Shown: positions 39,245 to 48,643, numbered from the stretch's first letter. The stretch: DNA of 64,000 nt from Alphaproteobacteria bacterium (GCA_964291675.2 OZ219866.1:2240001-2304000); one strand, 5' to 3'. The notes: generated by a model not told the origin, from the sequence alone. Program-made: numbers and translations.

Positions 39245-41011
39245 TTACTGGGGCCGCATGTCGTCGCTGCTGATGCCGGCCACGACGTTGGGCTTCTTCA
39301 TCGCGTCCCTGCGGAACGGCTCGCCGAGCTCCTGGTTGAGGATCACCTCGATGAACGTGGTGACGCCGTCGGACTGCGCCGCGCACGACTCCCGGAGCGC
39401 GGTCGTCAGCTCCTCCATCGTGCCCGCCGTCACCCCCTTCACCCCGCAGGCTTCCGCGACCCTGGCGTAGCTGAGCCCGGGATGCAGCTCGGTGCCCACG
39501 AAGTTGTTGTCGTACCAGAGCGTCGTGTTCCGCTTCTCCGCGCCCCACTGGTAGTTGCGGAAGATCACCATGGTGATCGCCGGCCACTCCTCGCGGCCGC
39601 AGGACGTCATCTCGTTCATCGAGATGCCGAACGCGCCGTCTCCCGCGAAGCCCACGACCGGGACGTCCGGGCAGCCGATCTTGGCGCCGATGATGGCGGG
39701 GAAGCCGTAGCCGCACGGCCCGAACAGCCCCGGCGCGAGATACTTGCGGCCCTGCTCGAAGGTCGGATAGGCGTTGCCGATGGCGCAGTTGTTGCCGATG
39801 TCGGACGAGATGATGGCGTCCCTGGGCAGGCCTGCCTGAATCGCCCGCCACGCCATGCGCGCCGACATGCGGTCCGGCTCGCGCTGCCTGGCATCGAGAT
39901 TCCAGGTGGTGCCCGGATCGTCGTCCTCGTGGTCCATGCTCGACAGGGCCTGGAGCCACGCCGAGCGGGTGCCGTGGATGGTTGCCCGGCGCTCCTCGCG
40001 GCCGGAATCGCCCGCGTCTTCGGACAGGCATTCGAGCAGCCGCCTTGCCACCTTCCGCGCATCGCCGCAGATCCCGACCGTGACTTCCTTGGTGAGGCCG
40101 ATGCGGTCCGGGTTTATGTCCACCTGGATGACCGCCGCCCGCTTCGGCCAGTAGTCGATCCCGTAGCCCGGCAGGGTGGAGAACGGGTTGAGCCTGGTGC
40201 CCAGCGCGAGCACGACGTCCGCCTGCGCGATGAGCTCCATCGCGGCCTTCGAGCCGTTATAGCCGAGCGGGCCGACCGCCAGCCTGTGCGAGCCGGGGAA
40301 GCTGTCGTTGTGCTGGTAGCCCGAGCAGACCGGCGCATCGAGGCGCTCGGCGAGCGCCCGGCAGGCCTCGATCGCGTCGCCGATCACCACGCCGCCGCCC
40401 GACAGGATCACCGGGAAGCGCGCATCCGAGAGCAGCCGCGCGGCCTCGGCGATCGACTCCTCGCCCCCCGCCGGGGGTTCGATATGCACCGGCGGGGGCA
40501 GCTCGATGTCGATCTCCCGGGTCCAGAAATCGCGCGGCACGTTGATCTGCGCCGGCGCCGAGCGGCGCACCGCGTTCTCGATCACCCGGTTGAGCACCTC
40601 CGCCATGCGCGAGGGGTCGCGCACCTCCTCCTGGTAGCACACCATCTCCTCGAACAGCGCCATCTGCGGCACCTCCTGGAAGCCGCCCTGGCCCATGGTC
40701 CGGTTGGCCGCTTGGGGGGTGACCAGCAGCATCGGGGTGTGGTTCCAGTAGGCGGTCTTGACCGGGGTCACGAGGTTGGTGATCCCCGGGCCGTTCTGGC
40801 CGATGCACATGGCAATCTTGCCGGTGGCCCTGGTGTAGCCGTCGCACATGAAGCCGGCATTGCTCTCATGCGCGGCGTCCCAGAAGGCGATCCCGGCCTT
40901 GGGGAAGAGGTCCGATATCGGCATGAAGGCGGAGCCGATGATGCCGAACGCGTGCTCGACCCCGCGCCTCTGCAAGACCTTCACGAAGGCTTCCTCAGTC
41001 GTCATCCGCAT
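39245..41011 (-). CDS. xsc: Sulfoacetaldehyde acetyltransferase
   Basis: MTTEEAFVKVL, GIIGSAFMP, GPLGYNGSKAAM, SDIGNNC, QWGAEKRN, GEPFRRDAMKKP. Confidence 0.97.
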   Translation of the reverse strand: MRMTTEEAFVKVLQRRGVEHAFGIIGSAFMPISDLFPKAGIAFWDAAHESNAGFMCDGYTRATGKIAMCIGQNGPGITNLVTPVKTAYWNHTPMLLVTPQAANRTMGQGGFQEVPQMALFEEMVCYQEEVRDPSRMAEVLNRVIENAVRRSAPAQINVPRDFWTREIDIELPPPVHIEPPAGGEESIAEAARLLSDARFPVILSGGGVVIGDAIEACRALAERLDAPVCSGYQHNDSFPGSHRLAVGPLGYNGSKAAMELIAQADVVLALGTRLNPFSTLPGYGIDYWPKRAAVIQVDINPDRIGLTKEVTVGICGDARKVARRLLECLSEDAGDSGREERRATIHGTRSAWLQALSSMDHEDDDPGTTWNLDARQREPDRMSARMAWRAIQAGLPRDAIISSDIGNNCAIGNAYPTFEQGRKYLAPGLFGPCGYGFPAIIGAKIGCPDVPVVGFAGDGAFGISMNEMTSCGREEWPAITMVIFRNYQWGAEKRNTTLWYDNNFVGTELHPGLSYARVAEACGVKGVTAGTMEELTTALRESCAAQSDGVTTFIEVILNQELGEPFRRDAMKKPNVVAGISSDDMRPQ

Positions 41012-41045
41012 GGCGATGCGTCCCTGTCAGTTTCGTTCCGCGGCA

Positions 41046-41954
41046 TCAACCCTTCCCCTTCCACGGGATCAGCCAGGCTTCGAGCGCCCGCATCAGCATC
41101 TCGATGGCGAAGCCGATCGCGCCGATGATGATGATCCCGATCACCACCACGTCGGTCTGTAGGAAGTTCTTGGCGATCATCATCATCGAGCCGACGCCCT
41201 GGTCGGCGGCCACCAGCTCGGCGGCGACCAGCGTGCCCCAGCACACGCCCATGGAGGTCCGCAAGCCGGTGAAAATCTCGGGCAGGGCGTTGGGCAGGAT
41301 CACGTGGCGCAGCACCTGGGGCTTGGTCGCGCCCAGCGAGTAGGCCGCGTGGACCTTGGAGATCTGCACCGAGCTGACGCCGGCGCGGGCGGCGATCAGC
41401 ATGATGAACAGCGCGGCCAGGAAGAGCAGAAAGACCTTCGCCACCTCGTCGATGCCGAGCCACAGGATCACCAGCGGGATCAGGGCGAGCGGCGGGATCG
41501 GGCGGACGAACTCGACGATCGGGTCGAACAGCCCGCGCGCCGCCGAGTTGAGGCCCATGGCGAAGCCGAGCGGAATCCCCACCGCCGCGCCGAAAAACAC
41601 GCCGAGCAGCACGCGCTTGACCGAGGTCCCGACATGCTCCCAGAGCGAGATGTTGCGGTAGCCTTCGCTCAGCAGGCCGATGAACCGGTCGACGACGCCC
41701 GGCCTGGCCCGGTTGGGGTTGTCCCACGGGTAGAGCCCACCCTCCAGCGGCGGCCAGAAGATGGGATCGATCACGCCGCCGACGGTGGTGACCCACCAGG
41801 CGACGATCAGCGCGACCAGGGTGACGATGGACCACAGGCGGCCCGAGTTCACCGCCGAGGCGTCGCCGAACTTGACGGTCTTCTGCCGGGTGAAGCTGTT
41901 GTCCGCCACGCCGAGCCAGATCGCCAGCCCGCCGGGTTGCTTGCGGTTCGCCAT
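41046..41954 (-). CDS. tauC: Taurine ABC transporter permease
   Basis: RPIPPLALIPL, HAAYSLGA, WGTLVAAEL, PWKGKG end. Confidence 0.9.
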   Translation of the reverse strand: MANRKQPGGLAIWLGVADNSFTRQKTVKFGDASAVNSGRLWSIVTLVALIVAWWVTTVGGVIDPIFWPPLEGGLYPWDNPNRARPGVVDRFIGLLSEGYRNISLWEHVGTSVKRVLLGVFFGAAVGIPLGFAMGLNSAARGLFDPIVEFVRPIPPLALIPLVILWLGIDEVAKVFLLFLAALFIMLIAARAGVSSVQISKVHAAYSLGATKPQVLRHVILPNALPEIFTGLRTSMGVCWGTLVAAELVAADQGVGSMMMIAKNFLQTDVVVIGIIIIGAIGFAIEMLMRALEAWLIPWKGKG

Positions 41955-41964
41955 GATCCTTCCT

Positions 41965-42768
41965 TCAGTGCGTATCCGCGCCGCCCATGATCTCCTCTTC
42001 CATCTCCCAGATCATGGAGAGGATCTCCTCGCGGGCGGAAATGAAGTCGGGCTGGGCCTTGATCCCGCGCGCATCCCCCTCGACGCCCTGATCGGCGAAG
42101 GGCAGCGTGTATTCCCTGTGGATGCGGCCGGGGCGCGGCGCCATCACGACGAGGCGTTCGCCGAGGAACAGCGCCTCCTCGACCGAATGCGTGATCAGGA
42201 CGATGGTCTTGCCGGTCTCCTTCCACAGCTTGAGCACCAGCCCCTGCATCTTCTCGCGGGTCAGCGCATCGAGCGCGCCCAGCGGTTCGTCCATCAGGAT
42301 CACGTCGGGGTCGTTGGCCAGGCAGCGCGCCAGCGCCACGCGCTGCTGCATGCCGCCGGAAAGCTGATAGACCGGCTTCTCGGCGAAGTCGCGCAGCGCC
42401 GTCACGTCGAGCAGATGCTTGACCGTCGCGTCGATTTCGGAACGGGCGACGCCGCACATGCGCGGGCCGAAGCTCACGTTCTGGGCGACCGTCATCCACT
42501 CGAACAGCGCGCCCTGCTGGAACACCACCCCGCGCTCCTTGTGCGGCCCCTCGATCCGATGGCCGTTGAGCCGCGCCTGCCCCGCGGTGGGGGTGAGAAA
42601 CCCGCCGATGATGTTGAGCAGCGTGGTCTTGCCGCAGCCCGACGGGCCGAGCACGGCCATCAGCTCCCCCGGCTTGAGATGCAGCGAGACGTCTTCGAGG
42701 GCGTGGACCTCGCCGCCATTCGCCAGGGTGAACACCATGGAGACGTCTTCGATGACGAGCCCTTCCAT
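41965..42768 (-). CDS. tauB: Taurine ABC transporter ATPase
   Basis: GPSGCGKT, LSGGMQQR, LDALTREKMQ, THSVEEA, MAPRPGR. Confidence 0.92.
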   Translation of the reverse strand: MEGLVIEDVSMVFTLANGGEVHALEDVSLHLKPGELMAVLGPSGCGKTTLLNIIGGFLTPTAGQARLNGHRIEGPHKERGVVFQQGALFEWMTVAQNVSFGPRMCGVARSEIDATVKHLLDVTALRDFAEKPVYQLSGGMQQRVALARCLANDPDVILMDEPLGALDALTREKMQGLVLKLWKETGKTIVLITHSVEEALFLGERLVVMAPRPGRIHREYTLPFADQGVEGDARGIKAQPDFISAREEILSMIWEMEEEIMGGADTH

Positions 42769-42960
42769 CGCCCCTTCCCCGGTCGGGTCCCAGCGGAGCC
42801 GGGCCGAGCGACCGCGCCCGGCCCGCCACGCCGTCACTTCATGCCGTCCCGCGCCGCCCGTCAAGGCCGAACGGTCCGGGACGGGTCGCCCTCCCTGCCT
42901 CCCCGGCTCCCCGGGGACGCCGAAGCGGGGAGGGAATGCCCGCCGGCGGCCGCTTCCGGC

Positions 42961-43935
42961 CTACAGGTAGCTGCCGTCGATCGCGAAGTCGTAAGAGTCC
43001 AGCGCCTTGTCGAGCTGGCCCTGCTTGACGAAGAAGTCGGCCACCTCCTTGGTGAACTTCTGCACCGTGCCGCCCAGCCAGGCCGCTGACTTCTGGTCCC
43101 CCGCCGAGGGGAAGGAGAACATGCCGAGCATGTTTTCCGTCGCGGCGAGGTCCATTCCGGCGGCCTTGGAGATGGTCTTGAAGTAGCGCTTGGGCTCCTT
43201 GTCGTAGGCCGCGTTCGCCTGGTCGGTGACGCTCATGAACTTCTTCAGGAGGTCCGGGTGCTCCTTGGCGAACTTCTCGGTCGCCGAGACCACGTCGAAG
43301 ACGCGGATGCCGATGGCTTCCTGCTCCTTGGCGGTCATCAGCTCCGCGCCGTACTCCTTCATGCGCTGTAGCGGCCCGCCGAAGGCGCAGGCCGCGGCGA
43401 CGTCGCCGCGCGCCAGCGCGACCGCGGCGTCCGCGCCGTTCATCTGGACCATGTTGACCTTCGCGGCGTCGACGCCCAGGTGATCGAGCGTGCGCAGCAG
43501 CTTGTAGTGGGTCACGTTGCCGATCGGCGTGGCGATCTTCATGCCCTCGAGCTTCGCCGCATTGGCCTTGCTGATCCCGGTATCGCGGTGGACCACGCAG
43601 TTGTCGGCCTCGGCATAGCTCACCGCCACGCCGACCAGCTTGAGCGGCAGGCCGTTGGAGACCGCGACCACCCAGGGAACCAGGCCCTGCGAATAGGCGA
43701 TGTGGACGTCGCCCGAGGCCATCGCCTGGCTCATCTCGTTGCCGTTGCCGAAGGCGCGCCATTCCACCTCGACGCCGAGCGCCTTGTCATAGGTCTTCTC
43801 GAGCTGGGCGACCTGGTTGGCGGTCGGCCATTCGAGGAAATAGGCCACCGTGATCTTGTCCAGGGCCGATGCCGACGAGGCGAGCAGCATCGCGAGCCCC
43901 GCCGCGACAGCCGCCGTGAGTTTGGTCCGTGTCAT
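42961..43935 (-). CDS. tauA: Taurine ABC transporter substrate-binding protein
   Basis: Signal peptide; VAYFLEWPTAN, YSQGLVP, NCVV typical of marine proteobacterial TauA; GGAGG RBS before ATG 43935. Confidence 0.87.
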   Translation of the reverse strand: MTRTKLTAAVAAGLAMLLASSASALDKITVAYFLEWPTANQVAQLEKTYDKALGVEVEWRAFGNGNEMSQAMASGDVHIAYSQGLVPWVVAVSNGLPLKLVGVAVSYAEADNCVVHRDTGISKANAAKLEGMKIATPIGNVTHYKLLRTLDHLGVDAAKVNMVQMNGADAAVALARGDVAAACAFGGPLQRMKEYGAELMTAKEQEAIGIRVFDVVSATEKFAKEHPDLLKKFMSVTDQANAAYDKEPKRYFKTISKAAGMDLAATENMLGMFSFPSAGDQKSAAWLGGTVQKFTKEVADFFVKQGQLDKALDSYDFAIDGSYL

Positions 43936-43949
43936 GTCTAACGCTCCTC

Positions 43950-44124
43950 CCGGTGTTCGATGAACAGGTTGTGACGCGTCGCGATGCCGTGCTGCGCGCA
44001 GTGTCCGGCATCCCTGGCTCCAAGACGGGTAGCGGGCGGGCCGGGAGACTCGCGAGAGCCGACGCGGCTCGCGCCCGGATCGGCAAAGCAACGTGGGACG
44101 TCGCCGTTCATGCTCGAACACCGG
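43950..44124 (-). other. Structured element in the tauA 5' leader (candidate cis-regulatory RNA or MITE-like insert)
   Basis: CCGGTGTTCGA-TGAAC (43950-43965) pairs with GTTCA-tgc-TCGAACACCGG (44106-44124); internal hairpins at 43983-44012 and 44041-44078; abuts the RBS. Confidence 0.45.
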
Positions 44125-44185
44125 CCTGACTGCACGGTGGAACCGCGGGCACCGCTTGCTCGTGTCGGGTTCCAGTTGCTCTTCA

Positions 44186-44214
44186 ATTCTCATGTAAACG
44201 TTTGCACCCGTCAA
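44186..44214 (-). promoter_or_regulatory. tauA promoter with LacI-family operator in the spacer
   Basis: Minus strand TTGACG-N17-GAGAAT; near-palindrome TGTAAACGTTTGCA at 44193-44206. Confidence 0.75.
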
Positions 44215-44243
44215 TAAAGGAACGGCAGGATTCGCGGGCCGTT

Positions 44244-45287
44244 TCAGACCGCCGGTTCGACGGCCTTGCAGGTGCCGCGCACGATCAGCTCCAGCGGGCA
44301 GCAATGTTCGTGATGGAAGTCCGCCTCAGGCCAGTCGATCATCTCGATCAGGACGTCGGCGGCGAGCTGTCCGATCCGGCGCGCCGGAATGCGCACCGTG
44401 GTGAGGCCGGGCTCGAATGCCGACGAGCCGCGGAAATCGCCGATGCCGATCACCGAGATGTCGTCCGGCACCCGGATGCCGAGGGAGGAGGCGGCGAAGA
44501 TGGCTCCCTGGGCGATGACGTCGTTGCCGGCGAGGATGGCGGTCGGCCGGGCGCCGTCCCGCAGATCGCGGGCGATCGTCTCTTTCGACATGCGGACGTC
44601 GTAGGGGCAGACCATGCGCCGCCGGTCCGCAACCGGCAGCCCGGCTTCGCGCACCGCGTCCATCGCCCCCTTGCGCCGGCCCGCCGCCCGGTCGTTGGAG
44701 CGCTCCTCGCCGGTGGCGAACAGGATGTCGCGATGGCCGAGCGCCAGCAGATGCTCCGCCGCCATCCGCCCGGCCAGCTCGTTGTCGAAGCCGATACACG
44801 GCCAGTCCTGTCCGGGCCGGTAGTTCCACAGCAGGGCGGCGGGAATGCCCTGCCGCTCGATCTGCATCAGCGTCTCCCGGCGATGCTCCAGCCCGATCAG
44901 GGCCAGCGCGTCGACCCGCTGTTCCGAGAGCGAGCGGACCAGCACGGTCTCGCGCGCGAGGTCGTAGCCATGCGCGGCGATCAGCATGGTCCGCCCGTGG
45001 ATCGCCAGGGCGGACGAGATGGTCTGGAGCATCTCCGAGAAGATCGCGTTGTCGATCGTGGGCACGACCAGCCCGACGCATCCCGTGGTGCCGCTCGCCA
45101 TGCTGCTCACCGCCCGGTTGCGGACATAGCCCAGCTCGTCGACCGCCTTGCGGATGCGTTCCCGGGTCGGGTACCGGACGATGTCGGGATTGTTGAAATA
45201 TCGTGAAACGGTGGCCGGCGAGACCTTGGCCCGGCTCGCCACGTCGACGATTCCCGGCAGGCGTTCGCGCTTTCTGGATCGTGCCAT
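44244..45287 (-). CDS. LacI-family transcriptional regulator
   Basis: IVDVASRAKVSPATVSR HTH, ELGYVRN, VPDDISVIG, LTTVRIP, LIVRGT. Confidence 0.95.
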   Translation of the reverse strand: MARSRKRERLPGIVDVASRAKVSPATVSRYFNNPDIVRYPTRERIRKAVDELGYVRNRAVSSMASGTTGCVGLVVPTIDNAIFSEMLQTISSALAIHGRTMLIAAHGYDLARETVLVRSLSEQRVDALALIGLEHRRETLMQIERQGIPAALLWNYRPGQDWPCIGFDNELAGRMAAEHLLALGHRDILFATGEERSNDRAAGRRKGAMDAVREAGLPVADRRRMVCPYDVRMSKETIARDLRDGARPTAILAGNDVIAQGAIFAASSLGIRVPDDISVIGIGDFRGSSAFEPGLTTVRIPARRIGQLAADVLIEMIDWPEADFHHEHCCPLELIVRGTCKAVEPAV

Positions 45288-45411
45288 GGTCAGGGCGGCG
45301 ACACTTGAAATTCCAGTCGAATATCTAGCTTGCAGGGCTCGAATACTGCAAGGGAAGTGTCTCCTGTCCGCGGTTCGAGCCGGTCGAACGCCGGACGATC
45401 GGCGACAATAA

Positions 45412-45448
45412 TGAAAACATTTACAGGGGTTATTTCATCGACTAGCGT
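45412..45448 (+). promoter_or_regulatory. TTT-sau operon promoter with second LacI operator overlapping the -35
   Basis: TGAAAACATTTACA at 45412-45425; TTTACA-N17-TAGCGT at 45420-45448. Confidence 0.7.
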
Positions 45449-45567
45449 TTTGGCAGACGCGGACTGCTTCAGGCTTCGAAAGGCGCGCTCCCCGACAGCC
45501 GGCTGAGAAGGGCCCGAGAGGCGCCCGGCTTGCGGCGCGCCGAACCCGGACGGGACAGGAAGCGGGT

Positions 45568-47085
45568 TTGGAATTTCTCGACCATTTCGGCGCGGTCTTC
45601 ACATGGTCCTCCATGCTGATCCTGTGCGCCGGCACGGTGGGCGGGCTGCTGCTGGGCGCGACGCCCGGCCTGTCGCCGACCATGGCGGTCGCCCTCTTGA
45701 TCCCGTTCACCTTCCACATGGACCCCGCCCAGGGCCTGATGCTGCTGGGCGCGGCCTATACCTCGACCGTCGCCGGCGGCGCGGTCAGCGCCATCCTGCT
45801 CAACATCCCGGGCGCGCCGGCCAACATCGCCACCGCGCTCGACGGCAACGTCATGGCGCGCAAGGGCGCGGGGGCGCGCGCCCTGCAGATCTGCTTCACC
45901 TCCTCGGCGATCGGCGGCGTCCTCGGCATCCTGGTGCTGATCTTCCTCACCCCCGTGCTGGCCGCCTGGGCGCTCAAGTTCGGCCCGTCGCATCTGTTCT
46001 GGGTGGCCATCCTGGGGGTCACCATCATCGGCACGCTGGACTCCAAATCCGTCGTCAAGGGGCTGCTCGCCGGCTGCATCGGCCTGTGGATCGCCATGAT
46101 CGGCGCGGACACGATCCAGGGCGTCGAGCGCTTCATCTTCACCGACGAGCTCGAAGGCGGCGTCAACATCATCGCCGCCCTGATCGGCCTGTTCGCGATC
46201 CCCCAGGTGATCGAGATGCTGGAGGGCGGGCGCAGCGATCCGCGCCGCAGCGTCTTCGAGGTCAGGCGCGCCAATGTCTGGCGTTCGGCGCTGGAGACGC
46301 TGTCGAAGGCGAGGGCGCTGGCGATCGGCGGCATCGTCGGCACGATCATCGGTCTGATCCCCGGCGCCGGCGGGCAGATCGCCGGTCTGGTCGCCTACGA
46401 CCAGTCGCGGCGCTTCTCCCGAAACCGGGAGAAATACGGCACCGGCGAGAGCGAGGGCGTGGTGGCGGCCGAGAGCGCGAACAACGCCATGGTCGGGCCG
46501 TCCCTGGTGCCGCTGCTCACGCTCTCGGTGCCGGGCAGCCCGACCGCGGCGGTCCTGCTCGGCGGGCTCCTGATCCACGGCATCTTCCCCGGGCCGGATC
46601 TGTTCCAGCAACACGCCTCGGTCGCCTACGCCTTCATCAACTCCATGCTGATCGGCCAGATCCTGATGCTGGTGTTCGGCCTGGCGATCGCCGGGGTGAG
46701 CGCCATGGTGATCCGGGTGAAGCCGCCGATCCTCGCCGGCGCCATCCTGGTCCTCGCGGTGTTCGGCAGCTACAGCGTGCAGAACTCGATGGCCGACGTG
46801 GCGATCATGCTCGCCCTCGGCCTCGGCATGTATTTCCTTGCCCAGTACGGCTTCAGCCCGGCGCCGCTGGTGCTCGGCGTCATCCTGGGCCCGATCGCCG
46901 AGTACAACTACGTCCAGGGCCGGATCCTGGGCGAGGCCCAGGACGGCATCGCGGCCTATTTCCTGACCGGCTGGCTCAACCTGCTGCTGATCGGCCTGGT
47001 GGCGCTGTCGCTGGGCTTCAGCCTGTACTCCGAGATCCAGGCCAGGCTTCGCGCCAGGGCGGAAGCCGGGGAGGCAGCCGCGTGA
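45568..47085 (+). CDS. Tripartite tricarboxylate transporter large subunit TctA (probable sulfoacetate uptake)
   Basis: GATPGL, NIPGAP, GLIPGAG, ESANNA, VPGSP motifs; TTG start. Confidence 0.92.
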   Translation: MEFLDHFGAVFTWSSMLILCAGTVGGLLLGATPGLSPTMAVALLIPFTFHMDPAQGLMLLGAAYTSTVAGGAVSAILLNIPGAPANIATALDGNVMARKGAGARALQICFTSSAIGGVLGILVLIFLTPVLAAWALKFGPSHLFWVAILGVTIIGTLDSKSVVKGLLAGCIGLWIAMIGADTIQGVERFIFTDELEGGVNIIAALIGLFAIPQVIEMLEGGRSDPRRSVFEVRRANVWRSALETLSKARALAIGGIVGTIIGLIPGAGGQIAGLVAYDQSRRFSRNREKYGTGESEGVVAAESANNAMVGPSLVPLLTLSVPGSPTAAVLLGGLLIHGIFPGPDLFQQHASVAYAFINSMLIGQILMLVFGLAIAGVSAMVIRVKPPILAGAILVLAVFGSYSVQNSMADVAIMLALGLGMYFLAQYGFSPAPLVLGVILGPIAEYNYVQGRILGEAQDGIAAYFLTGWLNLLLIGLVALSLGFSLYSEIQARLRARAEAGEAAA

Positions 47086-47567
47086 CCGGCGCGACCGTCC
47101 CCGGACCCGCCGCCGGCCGGCTCCAGCAGACGGCCGCGGCGGCGATAATCCTGGCGGTGGCGTGCTGGATCGCCTTCGTCAGCTTCGACGTCGAGGACCC
47201 GCAGCCCTATCTGTTCCCGCAGCTGTTCTCCGGGATCATGGCGTTGCTGGCCCTGATCGTGGTCTTCCGGGCGGCGCGCGGCCTGGACCGCACCGCGGCG
47301 GGAATCGCGGGGCGGACGTTCCGCAATATCGCGCCCGGCCTCGCGGCGATGCTGATTTATGTCTTCGGGCTGGCCGAGTGGCTGGGTTTCTACGCCGCCG
47401 CCTTCCTCGCCATGTTCGCGCTGTACAGCCTGTACGACCCGAATCCGCACCGCAGCGTGCGGAGCTGGGCGGTGAGATTCGCCGTCACTTCCGGGTTCAT
47501 CGCCGTCATCTATGCCGTCTTCGCCCAGGGCCTCAAGGTGCATACCCCCGAAGGGGTCCTGTTCTAG
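47082..47567 (+). CDS. Tripartite tricarboxylate transporter small subunit TctB
   Basis: About 4 TM helices, YLFP, WLGFY, LKVHTPEG end; GTGA overlap. Confidence 0.85.
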   Translation: MTGATVPGPAAGRLQQTAAAAIILAVACWIAFVSFDVEDPQPYLFPQLFSGIMALLALIVVFRAARGLDRTAAGIAGRTFRNIAPGLAAMLIYVFGLAEWLGFYAAAFLAMFALYSLYDPNPHRSVRSWAVRFAVTSGFIAVIYAVFAQGLKVHTPEGVLF

Positions 47568-47632
47568 CCGTGCCGTCGGCCCGGCTGCCAACCGGCGTTC
47601 GCGCCAAGCAAGGAAACTGGAGGAAGCGAAAG

Positions 47633-48595
47633 ATGAAGATGACCACCATCGCGGCGGCGGCGCTTGCCGTCGTGCTGCCGGCGGGGCTTGCGGTCGCCGC
47701 CGACGACTATCCCGCCAAGCCGGTCAGCCTGATGATCGCCTACAGCCCGGGCGGCGCGACCGACTTCCAGGCCCGCATCGTCACCATGGTGGCGGCGAAC
47801 AAGGACCTGCTGGGCCAGCCGATCGTCATCATCAACCGGCCGGGCGCCGGCGGCAGGACGGGCTGGAACCACTTCGCCTCCAAGGCGTCGACCGACGGCT
47901 ACCAGCTTGCCGCCTACAACGTCCCGCACTTCATCGCCCAGTCGATCAAGTTCAAGGTCAAGTACAACATCGACAATCTCGAGCCGATCGCCAACTGGGG
48001 CGCCGATCCGGCCGTGCTGGTCGTCAACAAGGACAGCAAGTTCAATTCGGTGAAGGACCTCGCGGCCTGGGCGAAGGACAACCCGGGCAAGGTGACGGTG
48101 TCCGGCGCCGGCCTGTTCGTCGGCCACCACATCGCGTTCCTGCAGATCCAGCAGGCGCTCGGCGTGAAGCTGAGCTACGTCCCGCACAAAGGCGGCGCGC
48201 CGGCGCTCAAGTCGGTGCTGGGCGGCCAGGTGATGGCGGGGGTCAACAACCTGTCGGACTCGTATCGCAGCCGCGCCAATCTGAAGATCCTCGGCATCGC
48301 CGATCTCCAGCGGGACAAGCAGTTCCTGCCCGACGTGCCGACCTTCAAGGAGCAGGGCTACGACGTCGACGATTCCTCGGTGAACTTCCGCGGCATCATG
48401 GTCCGCAAGGGCACGCCGCAGGCGGTCATCGACAAGCTGGCCAAGATCGCGCCGACCATGTTCGCCAACGCCCGCGTCGCCAAGCAGATGCGCATCGGCG
48501 GCTCGCCCATCCGCATCATGGACCGCGCCGCGGTCAAAAAGATGTGGGCCGAGCGCCAGACCTTCTTGACCGGCCTGTTGAAGGGGCTGAAATAG
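47633..48595 (+). CDS. Tripartite tricarboxylate transporter substrate-binding protein TctC/Bug
   Basis: YPAKPV, YSPGGATD, NRPGAGG, PDVPTFKEQG. Confidence 0.92.
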   Translation: MKMTTIAAAALAVVLPAGLAVAADDYPAKPVSLMIAYSPGGATDFQARIVTMVAANKDLLGQPIVIINRPGAGGRTGWNHFASKASTDGYQLAAYNVPHFIAQSIKFKVKYNIDNLEPIANWGADPAVLVVNKDSKFNSVKDLAAWAKDNPGKVTVSGAGLFVGHHIAFLQIQQALGVKLSYVPHKGGAPALKSVLGGQVMAGVNNLSDSYRSRANLKILGIADLQRDKQFLPDVPTFKEQGYDVDDSSVNFRGIMVRKGTPQAVIDKLAKIAPTMFANARVAKQMRIGGSPIRIMDRAAVKKMWAERQTFLTGLLKGLK

Positions 48596-48611
48596 ACGTA
48601 TTCCATGGAAG

Positions 48612-48643
48612 GCCGCCGCCATCCGCCGCTGGATGGCGGCGGC
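48612..48643 (+). terminator. 13-bp GC hairpin after tctC (intra-operon terminator or stabiliser)
   Basis: GCCGCCGCCATCC-6nt-GGATGGCGGCGGC. Confidence 0.5.
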
